Assembly: GCA_964636785.1 (NCBI GenBank)
Contig: CAZWVK010000003.1
Location: forward strand, 1-61,064
Direction: 5' to 3'
Source of the DNA: an uncultured Pseudobdellovibrionaceae bacterium
GTDB taxonomy: Bacteria > Bdellovibrionota > Bdellovibrionia > Bdellovibrionales > UBA1609
DNA: 61,064 nucleotides
The notes below the pieces were generated by a model. The model had not been told where the DNA came from. It worked only from the letters and a program-made list of their open reading frames with translations, and made no database searches. Made by a program: the position numbers and the translations under genes. Position 1 is the first letter of the stretch. Every line of letters starts with the position of its first letter. Below are positions 1-13,055 of this stretch, piece by piece.

Positions 1-18
1 CTGAGACAGTTTCTCAGA

Positions 19-1782
19 GTGGTTTCGATGAAAGAACATGATGTTAGTATATCGAATCTAAATGCGTTGCTTAGACCAGGTTTCAAAATCCTCGGTTTGT
101 TTAGCCTTTTGGCTGGTCTAATTTCTTGTGGTCAAGCAGCGATCGAGCCATCCGAGCACGATACCGCTCGAGAGATTGCCGCTGCACCAAAGTCATTTTC
201 AAAAAAGAAAATCAAAAGTAATTCGCCAGACCCGGCTGATATATTTATTAAGAATAAACTTTCTGAGCTCAGCCTCGAACAAAAAGTGGGGCAGTTTTTA
301 GTGATTGGATTTGGTGGAAAAACTCTGACTAAGAAGTCCATAACACTTCTTAAAAAGATCAAACCCGGAAGCATTATCCTATTTTCGAGGAATATCGAAA
401 ACTTCAATCAGGTTCGAAAACTCACAAACTCACTTCAAGAAATTTCACAAGAGAATAGCTCTCTTCCAATGCTTGTTATGATTGATCAAGAGGGTGGATC
501 TGTTACTCGAGTCAAAGTTGGAACCTCTCTTCCTTCGGCCCTCGCATTGGCGCAAACGCGCCATCCCGCATTTATTAGGGATTATTCCATGACCATGGCT
601 TCCATACTTAATCACCTCGGAATCAATATGAATTTGGCTCCTGTGATGGATGTTTCAAATCCGAATTCCTCTTCATTTATAGGATCAAGAAGCTTTGGCC
701 AGTCTCCGGATGAGGTTTCTCAGTTAGCTTCTGCTTTTGCATTGGGGCAGTGGGATGCTGGTGTGATTCCAACAGCAAAACATTTTCCCGGTCATGGAAA
801 TGTTAAAGCTGACAGTCATAAAGAAACCCCAACAAAAAATTTGAGCCTTTCTGATCTGAGTTCCTCTGATCTATTGCCATTCAAATCCTTCTCCGATTTG
901 AATATCCCTTCTGCGATGATGCTCGGTCATGTCAGTTTCCCAAAGATCGATCCTAGCGGATATCCTGCGGCATTCTCCCGGCCACTCAATCACGAACTTC
1001 TTCGTGATCATTTAAAATATGAAGGGTTAGCAATCACCGATGATCTTGAAATGCAGGGCGCTGAGCGCGTTGGCGATATGTCTGCTCGAACCATTCAAGC
1101 CATTCTTGCGGGAAATGACATGGTTATGGTGGCGTGGAGTGAAAAGCGACAACTAAAGGCATATAACACCATTCTTCAAGCTGTTAAAAGCGGACGCATC
1201 TCTGAAGAAAGACTCAATGAATCTTTGAGTCGAATTTTGAGAGCGAAATACTCCGTCAGCCAACAAACAAAGACCTATGATAGTGCAGAGGTTGAAAAAT
1301 TAAGATCAAAGCTTGTTGGTCTTTCCAAAGATGTAAAGCGCCTCAGTTTTCAAAGCTCACTTAAGAGCAAAGAAGCATCAAAGCCGTTTCCAAATTTTGG
1401 AAATGAGATCAGCGTTTACTCGTCAGATCGAACTTTTTTTAATCTCTTTCACAGTCATTATTTAAAACGCAGTCGCTGGATTCATTTAACAAAGAAGAAT
1501 GTCAAATCACGAATTCTTTCCTTGAATCAGACTGCGCCGAAGGGGCCATTCATTTTCTATGTCTCTGGAATTGGAACATCCAAATGGATTGATCGCTTGT
1601 CACCGGAACATAAACGCTATGCGATTGTTATTAATACCAATCAACCTGGAGCGATTAAAAATCCACAGGATTATTTAAAAGTGGTTCACTTAAACTCACA
1701 AAGCCCCGAAAGCGGGGCTTGGCTTGCTGATTATTTAAATCAGATGGAATCTCTTCGTAGACCTTCCTCCGATCTGGAGTGA
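19..1782 (+). CDS. nagZ: Glycoside hydrolase family 3 beta-N-acetylhexosaminidase (NagZ-like) lipoprotein with a C-terminal extension of about 200 aa
   Basis: 587-aa ORF. GH3 motifs DQEGG, KHFPGHG and ITDDLEM are present. Lipobox LISC follows a hydrophobic N-terminus. The start could be GTG19 or ATG28. Confidence 0.8.
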   Translation: MVSMKEHDVSISNLNALLRPGFKILGLFSLLAGLISCGQAAIEPSEHDTAREIAAAPKSFSKKKIKSNSPDPADIFIKNKLSELSLEQKVGQFLVIGFGGKTLTKKSITLLKKIKPGSIILFSRNIENFNQVRKLTNSLQEISQENSSLPMLVMIDQEGGSVTRVKVGTSLPSALALAQTRHPAFIRDYSMTMASILNHLGINMNLAPVMDVSNPNSSSFIGSRSFGQSPDEVSQLASAFALGQWDAGVIPTAKHFPGHGNVKADSHKETPTKNLSLSDLSSSDLLPFKSFSDLNIPSAMMLGHVSFPKIDPSGYPAAFSRPLNHELLRDHLKYEGLAITDDLEMQGAERVGDMSARTIQAILAGNDMVMVAWSEKRQLKAYNTILQAVKSGRISEERLNESLSRILRAKYSVSQQTKTYDSAEVEKLRSKLVGLSKDVKRLSFQSSLKSKEASKPFPNFGNEISVYSSDRTFFNLFHSHYLKRSRWIHLTKKNVKSRILSLNQTAPKGPFIFYVSGIGTSKWIDRLSPEHKRYAIVINTNQPGAIKNPQDYLKVVHLNSQSPESGAWLADYLNQMESLRRPSSDLE

Positions 1783-1819
1783 AGCGACGCTTTGTGTCCC
1801 GCAAATTGAACCGGGAACC

Positions 1820-2227
1820 TTAGGAGTTGAGAGCTTCTAGGCGAGCATTTGCTTGCTCAAGCTGAACTTGAAGTTCATGTATCTGATCCTTACCAATATA
1901 ATAAGGATCAATCAGCCTTTCTTGCGCTTTTTTAGCAGCTTCTTCCACTTGCTTACGATCAAGTTCTTCTAAGGACTCTGCGGTTTCTGCCAGAATAGAT
2001 ACGCCCTCTGGATGTACAGAGATATATCCCCAGCTGACCACCACAGGATTAAAAGTGTTTTGACCTTTTAATCGATATTTCAAAACACCAATTCCTAAAG
2101 TTGCAACCAAAGGAGCGTGTCCTGGAAGAATGTCCATTTGGCCATTCTCACCAGGCACAATAACCTCTTCAATTTCAGCATTGGTTACTAGTTTTCTTTC
2201 AGGCGTAACCAAGTTTAGCATAAACAT
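1820..2227 (-). CDS. atpC: F1 ATP synthase epsilon subunit
   Basis: 135 aa, immediately downstream of atpD. The N-terminal beta-sandwich and C-terminal helical pattern is typical of epsilon. Confidence 0.9.
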   Translation of the reverse strand: MFMLNLVTPERKLVTNAEIEEVIVPGENGQMDILPGHAPLVATLGIGVLKYRLKGQNTFNPVVVSWGYISVHPEGVSILAETAESLEELDRKQVEEAAKKAQERLIDPYYIGKDQIHELQVQLEQANARLEALNS

Positions 2228-2240
2228 GTTCTAACACTCC

Positions 2241-3653
<1,413 letters not shown>

Positions 3654-3674
3654 CTATTTCTCAAATCAAATCAT

Positions 3675-4550
3675 TTAGCCGTTTAATGCTTCAGCACCAC
3701 TGGTGATCTCAATCAACTCGGTTGTGATCGCTGCTTGTCTCATTTTGTTGTAAGTTAACGTTAGGCTCGAAATCATTTCGCCAGCGTTTTTGGTTGCGTT
3801 TTCCATCGCAGCCATTCGCGCACCATGCTCAGCCGCAACACTTTCAGAAAGAACTCGATAAACTTGAATCGCAAAGTGCTTCTCTAAGAGCTTATCAATG
3901 ATCAACTCAGGAGCTGGTTCAAAAATTAAGTCTGGAGAGGTCAATGTTTCATCAGTGATATGGGATTCGCTGACATCAATTGGTAAAAGTCTTTCGCAAA
4001 CCACATTTTGTGAAATCGCAGACTTAAACTCATTGTAAATCATGTAAATGGCGTCGTAATGACCTTCTGTGAAATTAGCCATGAGGTCTTTGGCCACATC
4101 TGCAGCCAAGTCATATGAAATTTCACGAGCAAGATTTAAAATCGTGCTTTTCGGAGGCAAGTTTCTCTTCTTAAAAAAGTCAGAGGACTTTCTTCCAACA
4201 GACATAATATCCATTTGCTCATACTTGCCGCTATTTTCTTTATAATAATTCATCGCAAATCGATTGATGTTTGCGTTGAATCCCCCGCATAGACCACGAT
4301 CACTTGTTACTACAACAAGCAGAACTCGCTTTGGATTTTCTGCAGGATTTAAGAGGGGATGGTTAACCCGCTGAGTGATGGAGATATCAGCAATCACCTT
4401 TAAAATCTCACGCGCATAAGGGCGAAGATTCACGATGTTTTGCTGGGCTCGGCGAAGTTTTGCCGCCGAGACCATCTTCATCGCACGCGTGATCTGCTGA
4501 GTGTTCTTCACACTCCCGATTCGCGATCTAATGTCTTTTAAATTCGCCAT
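3675..4550 (-). CDS. atpG: F1 ATP synthase gamma subunit
   Basis: 291 aa. N-terminal MANLKDIRSRI..TQQITRAMKMVSAAKLRRAQ and C-terminal ITTELIEI motifs. Confidence 0.95.
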   Translation of the reverse strand: MANLKDIRSRIGSVKNTQQITRAMKMVSAAKLRRAQQNIVNLRPYAREILKVIADISITQRVNHPLLNPAENPKRVLLVVVTSDRGLCGGFNANINRFAMNYYKENSGKYEQMDIMSVGRKSSDFFKKRNLPPKSTILNLAREISYDLAADVAKDLMANFTEGHYDAIYMIYNEFKSAISQNVVCERLLPIDVSESHITDETLTSPDLIFEPAPELIIDKLLEKHFAIQVYRVLSESVAAEHGARMAAMENATKNAGEMISSLTLTYNKMRQAAITTELIEITSGAEALNG

Positions 4551-4570
4551 TTAAATTCGCCTCTTTATGT

Positions 4571-6088
<1,518 letters not shown>

Positions 6089-6637
6089 TTAGTGTGTACT
6101 CCTGTTCAATTGCTCTTTCATTCTTCTTAAGTGTCCGGATAATGAATCGTCAAAAGTGTAACTTCCGACTTCTGCTTTTAATCCACCAATCAAATTTGGA
6201 TCGACTTCAAACTTTAACTCAGGTTTTTTCTGAGTGACGCTTTGAACTCGATCTCGGATGGCCTTCTGTTCTTCGCCACCAAGCACATAGGATGCACGAA
6301 CAGTTCCGCGCACGATTCCTGACTCTTCATCTGAAATCGCCTGATAGGCATTTACTACATCTGAAAAAATCTCGAGACGATTCTTCTTTGCCAAAAGAAA
6401 ACAAAATGTCTTTACCACCGCCGAAACAGAAGACTCAGATAAAGCCGTCATTAACGCTTTCTCTTTGTCCGATGGAAGAACTAGGGGTGAGTTCATGAAA
6501 TCTTTGAATTCATCTTTTGAGAAAATATCCGCCTCAAGTGCTTTCAATTCTGAAAAAACAAGGCTTTGATTTTTTCCTTCTTTAGCAAGCTCATACAGAG
6601 CTTTTGCATATCTTAATGAGATTTGACTCGGTTTCAT
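6089..6637 (-). CDS. atpH: F1 ATP synthase delta (OSCP) subunit
   Basis: 182 aa between atpF and atpA. N-terminus has the YAKALYELA pattern typical of OSCP/delta. Confidence 0.85.
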   Translation of the reverse strand: MKPSQISLRYAKALYELAKEGKNQSLVFSELKALEADIFSKDEFKDFMNSPLVLPSDKEKALMTALSESSVSAVVKTFCFLLAKKNRLEIFSDVVNAYQAISDEESGIVRGTVRASYVLGGEEQKAIRDRVQSVTQKKPELKFEVDPNLIGGLKAEVGSYTFDDSLSGHLRRMKEQLNRSTH

Positions 6638-6650
6638 GTTGTGCTCACTC

Positions 6651-7217
6651 TCATTGGTTTACCAGCTGGATTTTCTTAATAAATTCTGTCTGCAAGCGAT
6701 TTTGATCGTCTTGTGATGCCTCGCTGCTCAACTTGTTCTTCGCTGCTTCTATCGCCTGAGACAATGCATAGGCCTGAATCTCATTCTTCGCCTTTTGAAT
6801 TTCAATCTCTGCGGTCTTTTTTGCTTCCTCGCGAAGCTTTTGAGAAACTTCATCAGCTTCCTTCAAAAGATTTGATTTCAATTGATCCGCTTCTTTTTGT
6901 GCTCTCATCGCATTTTCTTTTGCAGAGGTTTCAAGTTCTGCCAAGCGAGCGGAGATTTCTTTATGATTGGCTTCTGCTTCTTTTTTTGCTGCCTCTGCTC
7001 TTCCCACAAGGTCGATGTATGAGCGTTTTCTTTCTTTAAAATGCGAAACAACGATTCCTTTTAATACGTAAAACAGGAGCGAGAACAAAAGAAGGAAGTT
7101 AAAAGCCTGCACTCCGATCGTTGTCCACGGAACAGCATGAGGATCGCCGCCGGCAGGAGCCGCGATAGCGTAAATCGGAAGAAAAACAATCAGTGTAAAT
7201 AAAAGACGTGAAACCAT
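6651..7217 (-). CDS. atpF: Fo ATP synthase subunit b
   Basis: One N-terminal TM helix followed by a long charged coiled coil. The ATG at 7217 lies 1-2 nt after the upstream stop. The ORF-track start at 7238 would overlap the upstream gene by 20 nt. Confidence 0.8.
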   Translation of the reverse strand: MVSRLLFTLIVFLPIYAIAAPAGGDPHAVPWTTIGVQAFNFLLLFSLLFYVLKGIVVSHFKERKRSYIDLVGRAEAAKKEAEANHKEISARLAELETSAKENAMRAQKEADQLKSNLLKEADEVSQKLREEAKKTAEIEIQKAKNEIQAYALSQAIEAAKNKLSSEASQDDQNRLQTEFIKKIQLVNQ

Positions 7218-7218
7218 A

Positions 7219-7662
7219 TTAATGCAGATCCTTTCCAAGAAGGCGCGAAGAGATCATTTCACTGATTTGTGGAAGCTCCTGTTTGATTTCTTTTTTTGCA
7301 GCCTCGGCCGCTTTTGAGATCTGCGCTCGAGCCGCATCAACGTCTTCCTTTGCTTTGTTTCGGGCAAAGACAATGCGCTCTTCGTAGATCTTCAGCGCTT
7401 CTGAGCGGGTTTTATCATAGATATTTTTGTATTCTTCATTAATTTTACGAGCCTTCAAGGAGTAGTCTTCTTGAAGTCGTTTTGTTTCCTGAATATATTG
7501 CTCGGCTTCGTCGACCTGACCCACGGTTTGCCTTGAGCGCTCGGTAAAAGCGGCAAAATAGGGATCAAATAAAACGTATTTCAAAAAGACGAAAGTCACT
7601 AAGAATACGCCAATTTGTAGATATAGGGTTGAATCAATGCCAAGGGCGGTAAAGAGCTCCAT
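7219..7662 (-). CDS. Fo ATP synthase subunit b-prime (second b-type stator subunit)
   Basis: 147 aa. One TM helix plus a coiled coil, directly upstream of atpF. This is the paralogous b/b' arrangement. Confidence 0.75.
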   Translation of the reverse strand: MELFTALGIDSTLYLQIGVFLVTFVFLKYVLFDPYFAAFTERSRQTVGQVDEAEQYIQETKRLQEDYSLKARKINEEYKNIYDKTRSEALKIYEERIVFARNKAKEDVDAARAQISKAAEAAKKEIKQELPQISEMISSRLLGKDLH

Positions 7663-7722
7663 TCACCAATCCTTCATTAAATTGTGTGGAAATTGTATAT
7701 GCGGGTTTCGGCCCGATGTAAA

Positions 7723-8070
7723 TTACTTCTTAGACATATATGAGGCTCCCTCGAAGAGAACCCCTTCATCTATTCTTAGGGAAGGTGTAGTCACCGTACC
7801 TTGGAAACGAGCGGGTGGATGCATTACCACTTTGCGTCGAGCGAAGATGTTTCCCTTCACATGACCGCTAATAATGACATTTTCAGCCTCGATTTGTGCT
7901 TCAACGGCGGCTCCGGGTCCGACAATTAATGTGTCTTTCGTAAAAATTTCGCCTTTGAAGGATCCGCTGATTCGCACGGTTCCTTCAAACGTAAGTTTTC
8001 CATCAAATTGCGCACCGTCTTCGAGAAGAGCTGTAATTTTGGATGCTTCCACTATGCCTCGCTTAACCAC
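7723..8070 (-). CDS. Bactofilin (polymer-forming cytoskeletal protein, DUF583)
   Basis: 115 aa. Repetitive beta-helix pattern G.F.G.I....L.VG..A.V.A.I.A..V.ISG.V.GNI and a C-terminal L.I.EG..FEG motif. The start overlaps the parB stop by 8 nt. Confidence 0.85.
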   Translation of the reverse strand: MVKRGIVEASKITALLEDGAQFDGKLTFEGTVRISGSFKGEIFTKDTLIVGPGAAVEAQIEAENVIISGHVKGNIFARRKVVMHPPARFQGTVTTPSLRIDEGVLFEGASYMSKK

Positions 8071-9037
8071 GCAGTCGGTCTATTATATTATTCAACTGCT
8101 CATCAGAGTAAAAATAGAGCTTTATTTTACCTTTTCCCGATTGATATTCAATATCCACCCTGGACCCAAGAAGTTTTTGAAGCTCTTCTTTGAGGTGAGG
8201 AAGTTGAGCGCTTTTAGACGGCTCGTGTTCAGTTTTAACTTTTTCAGGTCGCTTTTTTTGCTGGATGAGTTTTTCTAAGGCTCTGACGCTTAAGTTTTCG
8301 GCTTTCACTCGCAAGGCCATCTCGATTTGATCTTTTTTATCGGGCAATGAAAGCAAAACCTTGGCTTGCCCTTGGCTGATTTCTTCAGCAAGCAGCATGT
8401 GGCGGAGTTCCGGCGTTAGCTGTAAAAGCCGCAATAAGTTCGCTACGGTCGCTCGATCTTTTCCAACTCGATCTGCCATTTCCTGCTGAGTCAGATGAAA
8501 GCGCTTCATAAGAAGGTCATAAGCTTCAGCTTCTTCAATGGGATTAAGATCTTTTCTCTGAATATTCTCGATGAGGGCTAGCTCGAGCACTTCTTGTGGA
8601 CCGAGATTCTTAATCAGCGCAGGAACTTCTTTGAGCTCCGCTTTCTGTGCGGCTCTCCAGCGTCTTTCACCCGCGATAATTTCGTATTTATCCGTGGCGA
8701 TTTTTTTAAGAAGGATGGGCTGAATGATTCCTTTTTCTTTGATCGAGTTTGCTAATTCTTCAAGTGCTTCTTTTTCAAAGCGCTTTCGCGGTTGCTCTTT
8801 ATTAGGTTGAATATTTTCAATTGGAATATTCCAAATTCGGCTCTCTGGTGGCACCTGAGGCTGAATCGGAATATCTTTTTTCTCAGATTTTTCAATCGGC
8901 GGAGTCGCTGGCTTTGTTTCTGAATCAGCGGTCATTTTTGAAAATGCACCGTTTTCACCACCGAGAAGACTTCCTAAGCCGCGACCAAGGTTTTGCTTCT
9001 TCGATTTTTGCTGTGTGGATGGACTTGGTTTAGACAT
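8063..9037 (-). CDS. parB: Chromosome partitioning protein ParB
   Basis: 324 aa. N-terminal GRGLGSLL and the arginine patch IIAGERRWRAA are present, with an HTH region. It overlaps parA by 8 nt. Confidence 0.95.
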   Translation of the reverse strand: MSKPSPSTQQKSKKQNLGRGLGSLLGGENGAFSKMTADSETKPATPPIEKSEKKDIPIQPQVPPESRIWNIPIENIQPNKEQPRKRFEKEALEELANSIKEKGIIQPILLKKIATDKYEIIAGERRWRAAQKAELKEVPALIKNLGPQEVLELALIENIQRKDLNPIEEAEAYDLLMKRFHLTQQEMADRVGKDRATVANLLRLLQLTPELRHMLLAEEISQGQAKVLLSLPDKKDQIEMALRVKAENLSVRALEKLIQQKKRPEKVKTEHEPSKSAQLPHLKEELQKLLGSRVDIEYQSGKGKIKLYFYSDEQLNNIIDRLRG

Positions 9038-9866
9038 GGACTTCTGGCTCTCTTTTTTCTTCTATTGGATTTGGCGCATCTGTTTTTTCTGTTGTTCTTT
9101 CGGTGGCTCTTTCGATTAGTTCTTCAGCAAGTTCCAAATAAGCTTTTGCTCCTGGAGACTTTAGATCGTACTCAATAATTGTTTGGCCGTGGCTTGGCGC
9201 TTCGCTCAAACGCACGTTTCTTGGAATTACAGCTTGAAAAACTTTCTCTTGAAAGTGGGTGCGAATTTCAGAGACCACTTGATGGCTAAGATTATTTCGC
9301 TGATCGAACATTGTAAGAACGATTCCCTCGATTTTAAGTTCTGGATTTAGTCCTTTTTTGATCAATCCTGCCGTATTCAGAAGCTGGCTCAGTCCTTCTA
9401 ATGCGTAATATTCGCACTGAAGAGGCACTAAAAACGTATTGGCTGCAGAAAGAGCATTCACAGTTAAAAGTCCAAGTGATGGAGGGCAATCTATAAGGAC
9501 AAAATCATAATCATTTGCGACTTTCGCGAGCGCGTCCTTAAGCCGATATTCTCGATGCGGCATGTCAACTAACTCAATTTCCGCTCCTACGAGGTCTGGA
9601 TTGGCCGGGACGATCTTGAGACTATCTGTTTGAGTATTCTGGCTAGCCTCGTGAATAGTCTTTTCGCCGATCAAAACTTGATAAATATTGTTCTCGTGGT
9701 TCTCATGACGCTTGATGCCAAGCCCGCTGGATGCGTTTCCTTGGGGATCAAGGTCCACAATGAGTACTCGCTTATTCAGCTTGGCTAGTCCCGCTGCCAA
9801 GTTCACAGTTGTTGTTGTTTTTCCAACCCCACCTTTTTGATTAGCCACACAGATCACTCTTGCCAT
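9030..9866 (-). CDS. parA: Chromosome partitioning ATPase ParA/Soj
   Basis: Deviant Walker A KGGVGKTTT is present. I prefer the ATG at 9866 (MARVICVANQ), preceded by GGAGAA. The ORF-track TTG at 9920 adds 18 implausible residues. Confidence 0.95.
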   Translation of the reverse strand: MARVICVANQKGGVGKTTTTVNLAAGLAKLNKRVLIVDLDPQGNASSGLGIKRHENHENNIYQVLIGEKTIHEASQNTQTDSLKIVPANPDLVGAEIELVDMPHREYRLKDALAKVANDYDFVLIDCPPSLGLLTVNALSAANTFLVPLQCEYYALEGLSQLLNTAGLIKKGLNPELKIEGIVLTMFDQRNNLSHQVVSEIRTHFQEKVFQAVIPRNVRLSEAPSHGQTIIEYDLKSPGAKAYLELAEELIERATERTTEKTDAPNPIEEKREPEVHV

Positions 9867-9972
9867 GATGTCTTTCTCCTCACCAACTAAAGTTTTAATC
9901 TTCTCGAGAATAATAAACAAGTTTCAAATTGAAAAATTTTCGAGCTAAAGGAGCTTTTCTGAGATGCCGAGA

Positions 9973-9988
9973 AGTTCCACGTGGAACA
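9973..9988. promoter_or_regulatory. parS centromere site (AGTTCCACGTGGAACA, 15/16 palindromic)
   Basis: Matches the parS consensus TGTTNCACGTGAAACA. It lies about 107 bp upstream of the parA start. Confidence 0.85.
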
Positions 9989-10481
9989 TTTCGCGAAATA
10001 TTCTATTCGATTCCTAGCCGTGATTACTCTTTCTTTTGTGATGTCTGGCTGCCGATCAAAAGATCCTAATCCAGAACTGAAAGATCCTATATTTCAGTCA
10101 CTCAAAAAGGAAGCTGATGATGCCGAGCGAGCATTTAAGGAGGCTGAAACGGCAAAAGATGAAGCCTATAAAGCATTCCAGTCCGCAACAGCCCAGACAA
10201 TTGAGCTCAAAGAAGCGGAGAAAGAATATTGGAAAGCTGTTAAGCGAGTGGATTCCCTGCGTCCAACAGTTCGATATCTAAAAATTCGCACTGAAAGGCG
10301 AAAAGTGGAGGCTCGAGCGGCTTATGCGGCTGCGTTTGCAAGGGGAGAGGAAGCCAATTGGCCAAACCCAGAGGAATTTGAAGCCTATCAGACAAATAAA
10401 CGTTTAAGAGAAGCCTCACTGAATTGGAATCGCAGAGTTCCTAAACTGCAAGATCGAATACCCACATCCAAAAGCGATTAA
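9981..10481 (+). CDS. Hypothetical coiled-coil lipoprotein
   Basis: 166 aa. Signal peptide with lipobox VMSGC, then a Lys/Glu/Ala-rich helical body. It is one of only two plus-strand CDS called left of the strand switch (the other is nagZ at the window edge). The GTG start lies inside the parS site, so the start is uncertain. Confidence 0.55.
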   Translation: MEHFAKYSIRFLAVITLSFVMSGCRSKDPNPELKDPIFQSLKKEADDAERAFKEAETAKDEAYKAFQSATAQTIELKEAEKEYWKAVKRVDSLRPTVRYLKIRTERRKVEARAAYAAAFARGEEANWPNPEEFEAYQTNKRLREASLNWNRRVPKLQDRIPTSKSD

Positions 10482-10486
10482 CCAAA

Positions 10487-10502
10487 TGTTCCACGTGGAA
10501 CA
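10487..10502. promoter_or_regulatory. parS centromere site (TGTTCCACGTGGAACA, perfect 16-bp palindrome)
   Basis: Perfect palindrome matching the parS consensus. It sits in the 28-bp gap between the lipoprotein stop and the rsmG stop. Confidence 0.9.
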
Positions 10503-10509
10503 AGTCTGA

Positions 10510-11169
10510 CTACTTAATTTTCTTTGTTAGAATCACTGCCCGCCGAGCTTGAGAAAGGGGTAGCGAATACTCCCCAGAAAGCTCCGGAGCCCAGAAAGCG
10601 CAGAGCTGAGAGGGCATTTCACCCACTTCTCGCACCCAATTCGTGCCTTTCATGTGAAAAACAACGCCGCCAAGAGCCACAACGTCTTTACAAACCAGAC
10701 AAACCTTAGAAACGGAGGCATATCCGCGTGTAATCGCAGCAGGAATCTTCCGCTCCAGCTCTTCGACCCGCTTAACTAAGACTTCTGTATTTGAAAGCTT
10801 CAAATGAAAAACAATATGCTTAAGGAATTCGCCCTTGCGCTCGTCGGAATCGACCAGCTTAACTTTCAAGTTCGGAGAAGCTTTCGATGCCAGTAGAGCA
10901 AGAATTACTCCCGGAAGCCCATTTCCAGATCCCAAATCAAATATCTCCTGAGCATCACCTAATTTTTCCAAGACAATCTCACAGGCGGAAATACAGTCTG
11001 CAAAATGCTGCTCATCCGCATCGCGCTCAGTCTGACGTCCAATCAGATTCAAACGGGCATTATAACGAATCAATTCCGAATGATAGGCTTTCAACCCACT
11101 TAGGACCTCTGAATCCAAGTGGGAAAACCATTTCTCAACTCTCCAAAGTACATTTTCTTCCGTGCTCAA
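10510..11169 (-). CDS. rsmG: 16S rRNA (guanine527-N7)-methyltransferase RsmG/GidB
   Basis: 219 aa. SAM motif [10 protein letters not shown] is present. It follows mnmG with a 4-nt overlap. Confidence 0.9.
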   Translation of the reverse strand: MSTEENVLWRVEKWFSHLDSEVLSGLKAYHSELIRYNARLNLIGRQTERDADEQHFADCISACEIVLEKLGDAQEIFDLGSGNGLPGVILALLASKASPNLKVKLVDSDERKGEFLKHIVFHLKLSNTEVLVKRVEELERKIPAAITRGYASVSKVCLVCKDVVALGGVVFHMKGTNWVREVGEMPSQLCAFWAPELSGEYSLPLSQARRAVILTKKIK

Positions 11170-13052
11170 TTCGCTCTCCCAATACTCGACTGACGATCTT
11201 GACCCTTTAGAAAAATCATCAAAGCCTGGATTGCAGAAGGATTGACGCCGCTCACTCGTCCGGCCTGTCCAAGTGACAAAGGACGTACTGAAGTCAATTT
11301 CTCCACTTCCTCGTTTGACAACCCCCTGACTCTTTTAAAATCCAAGTCAGCCGGGATCTGCAAATTTTCTAGACGAACAGCCTGCTCTATCATCTCATTC
11401 TGACGCTTAATGTAACCTTCATATTTCACCTGAATCTCCACAGGCTCATAAACAAGATCATCCTCATCGACAGAAACTCCAAACTTCATGAGGTCTAAAC
11501 ATGCTATTTCTTCGCGCCGCATCAACTCCTTTGCAGACACAGGTTTTAATAAAACCGGACTATCAAGCTGTCTCAAAACGGACTGGGTTCTTTCATTGGG
11601 AACCAGCTTAAACCTCTCTAAGTCTTCAAGCATTTTACGTCTTCGACTTAAAAGTTTCTCCGCCTTTTCCCATTCCACGTCACTCAAAAGTCCTACTTCA
11701 TTCGCTCTCGGAGCCAATCTCTCCAAGGTATTGTCCTCACGAAGTGCCAATCGAAACTCCGCTCTGGAGGTCATCATCCGATAGGGCTCTTTCGTTCCCT
11801 TTGTAACCAGATCATCAACCAACACACCCATATAAGCTTCATGACGTTTTAAAATAAAAGCGTCTTTATTTAGAACTTTTAAAGCTGCATTTGCACCTGC
11901 GATCAGACCTTGAGAAGCAGCCTCTTCATATCCACTGGTCCCATTGATTTGGCCTGCAAGAAATAAATTTGATATCGCGCGGGTTTCGAGAGTTAAATTC
12001 AACTGAGTCGGCTCAACAAAATCATACTCAACCGCATAACCAGGTTTAAGCATTCGAACATTTTCTAAACCAGGAATAGTTCTAAGAAATTCGTATTGCA
12101 CATCTTCAGGAAGGCTTGTTGAGATCCCTTGAAGATAAATTGAATTTGTATCCAAACCTTCCGGCTCCAAAAAAGTTTGATGACGATCACGATCAGCGAA
12201 CCGAGTGATTTTATCTTCAATACTCGGGCAGTAACGAGGACCAAGTCCCTTGATCACACCTTGAAACATGGGAGATTGATGAAGATTTTTACGGATGATC
12301 TCGTGAGTTCTTTCATTTGTATAAGATAAAAAGCATTTCACTTGCGGAAGTTTAAGCTCGCGATCGCTTTTAAAGCTGAAAGGATAAAACTTTTTATCAC
12401 CCTCTTGCGGCTCTGTTTTTGACCAATCAATGGAGTCACGATCAAGGCGGGCAGGGGTTCCTGTTTTTAAGCGCTGAACTTTAAAACCAAAGGCTGCCAG
12501 CTGATCAGAAATTCCAGTTGTTGCTTTCTCTCCAACCCTTCCACCAGAGTAACTCTTTAGTCCAATGTGCATCACACCATTTAAAAATGTCCCCGTCGTA
12601 ATAACGACGGAGCGACCAAATATCTCGCTTTGATCTTTTAAGCGCACGCCTTTGCAAACAGAGCCCTCAAGAATAAGAGAGTTAACCTCGCCTTCGAATA
12701 ATTCCAGTCCGCTCTGCTTCGCAAGGCGGTCTCTCATATAAACGGAATAAAGATTCTTATCGCATTGGGCCCGCGAACCTCGAACCGCTGGTCCTTTTCG
12801 AGCATTTAATCTTTTGAATTGAAGGCAGGTTCCATCGGCTGCAAAGCCCATCTCCCCACCAAGAGCATCAATCTCTCGGACCATATGACCTTTGGCTAGA
12901 CCCCCAATGGAAGGGTTGCAGCTCATAAAGCCTGTCTTTGAAAAGTCCGTGGTAATAATGAGAGTTGAGCAGCCCAGCCGAACGGCTGCCAAGGACGCTT
13001 CAATACCGGCATGACCCGCGCCAACCACAATCACATCATAGCTCTTCATCAT
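11166..13052 (-). CDS. mnmG: tRNA uridine 5-carboxymethylaminomethyl modification enzyme MnmG/GidA
   Basis: 628 aa. FAD motif [11 protein letters not shown] is present, with full-length similarity. Confidence 0.97.
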   Translation of the reverse strand: MMKSYDVIVVGAGHAGIEASLAAVRLGCSTLIITTDFSKTGFMSCNPSIGGLAKGHMVREIDALGGEMGFAADGTCLQFKRLNARKGPAVRGSRAQCDKNLYSVYMRDRLAKQSGLELFEGEVNSLILEGSVCKGVRLKDQSEIFGRSVVITTGTFLNGVMHIGLKSYSGGRVGEKATTGISDQLAAFGFKVQRLKTGTPARLDRDSIDWSKTEPQEGDKKFYPFSFKSDRELKLPQVKCFLSYTNERTHEIIRKNLHQSPMFQGVIKGLGPRYCPSIEDKITRFADRDRHQTFLEPEGLDTNSIYLQGISTSLPEDVQYEFLRTIPGLENVRMLKPGYAVEYDFVEPTQLNLTLETRAISNLFLAGQINGTSGYEEAASQGLIAGANAALKVLNKDAFILKRHEAYMGVLVDDLVTKGTKEPYRMMTSRAEFRLALREDNTLERLAPRANEVGLLSDVEWEKAEKLLSRRRKMLEDLERFKLVPNERTQSVLRQLDSPVLLKPVSAKELMRREEIACLDLMKFGVSVDEDDLVYEPVEIQVKYEGYIKRQNEMIEQAVRLENLQIPADLDFKRVRGLSNEEVEKLTSVRPLSLGQAGRVSGVNPSAIQALMIFLKGQDRQSSIGRAN

Positions 13053-13055
13053 TTC

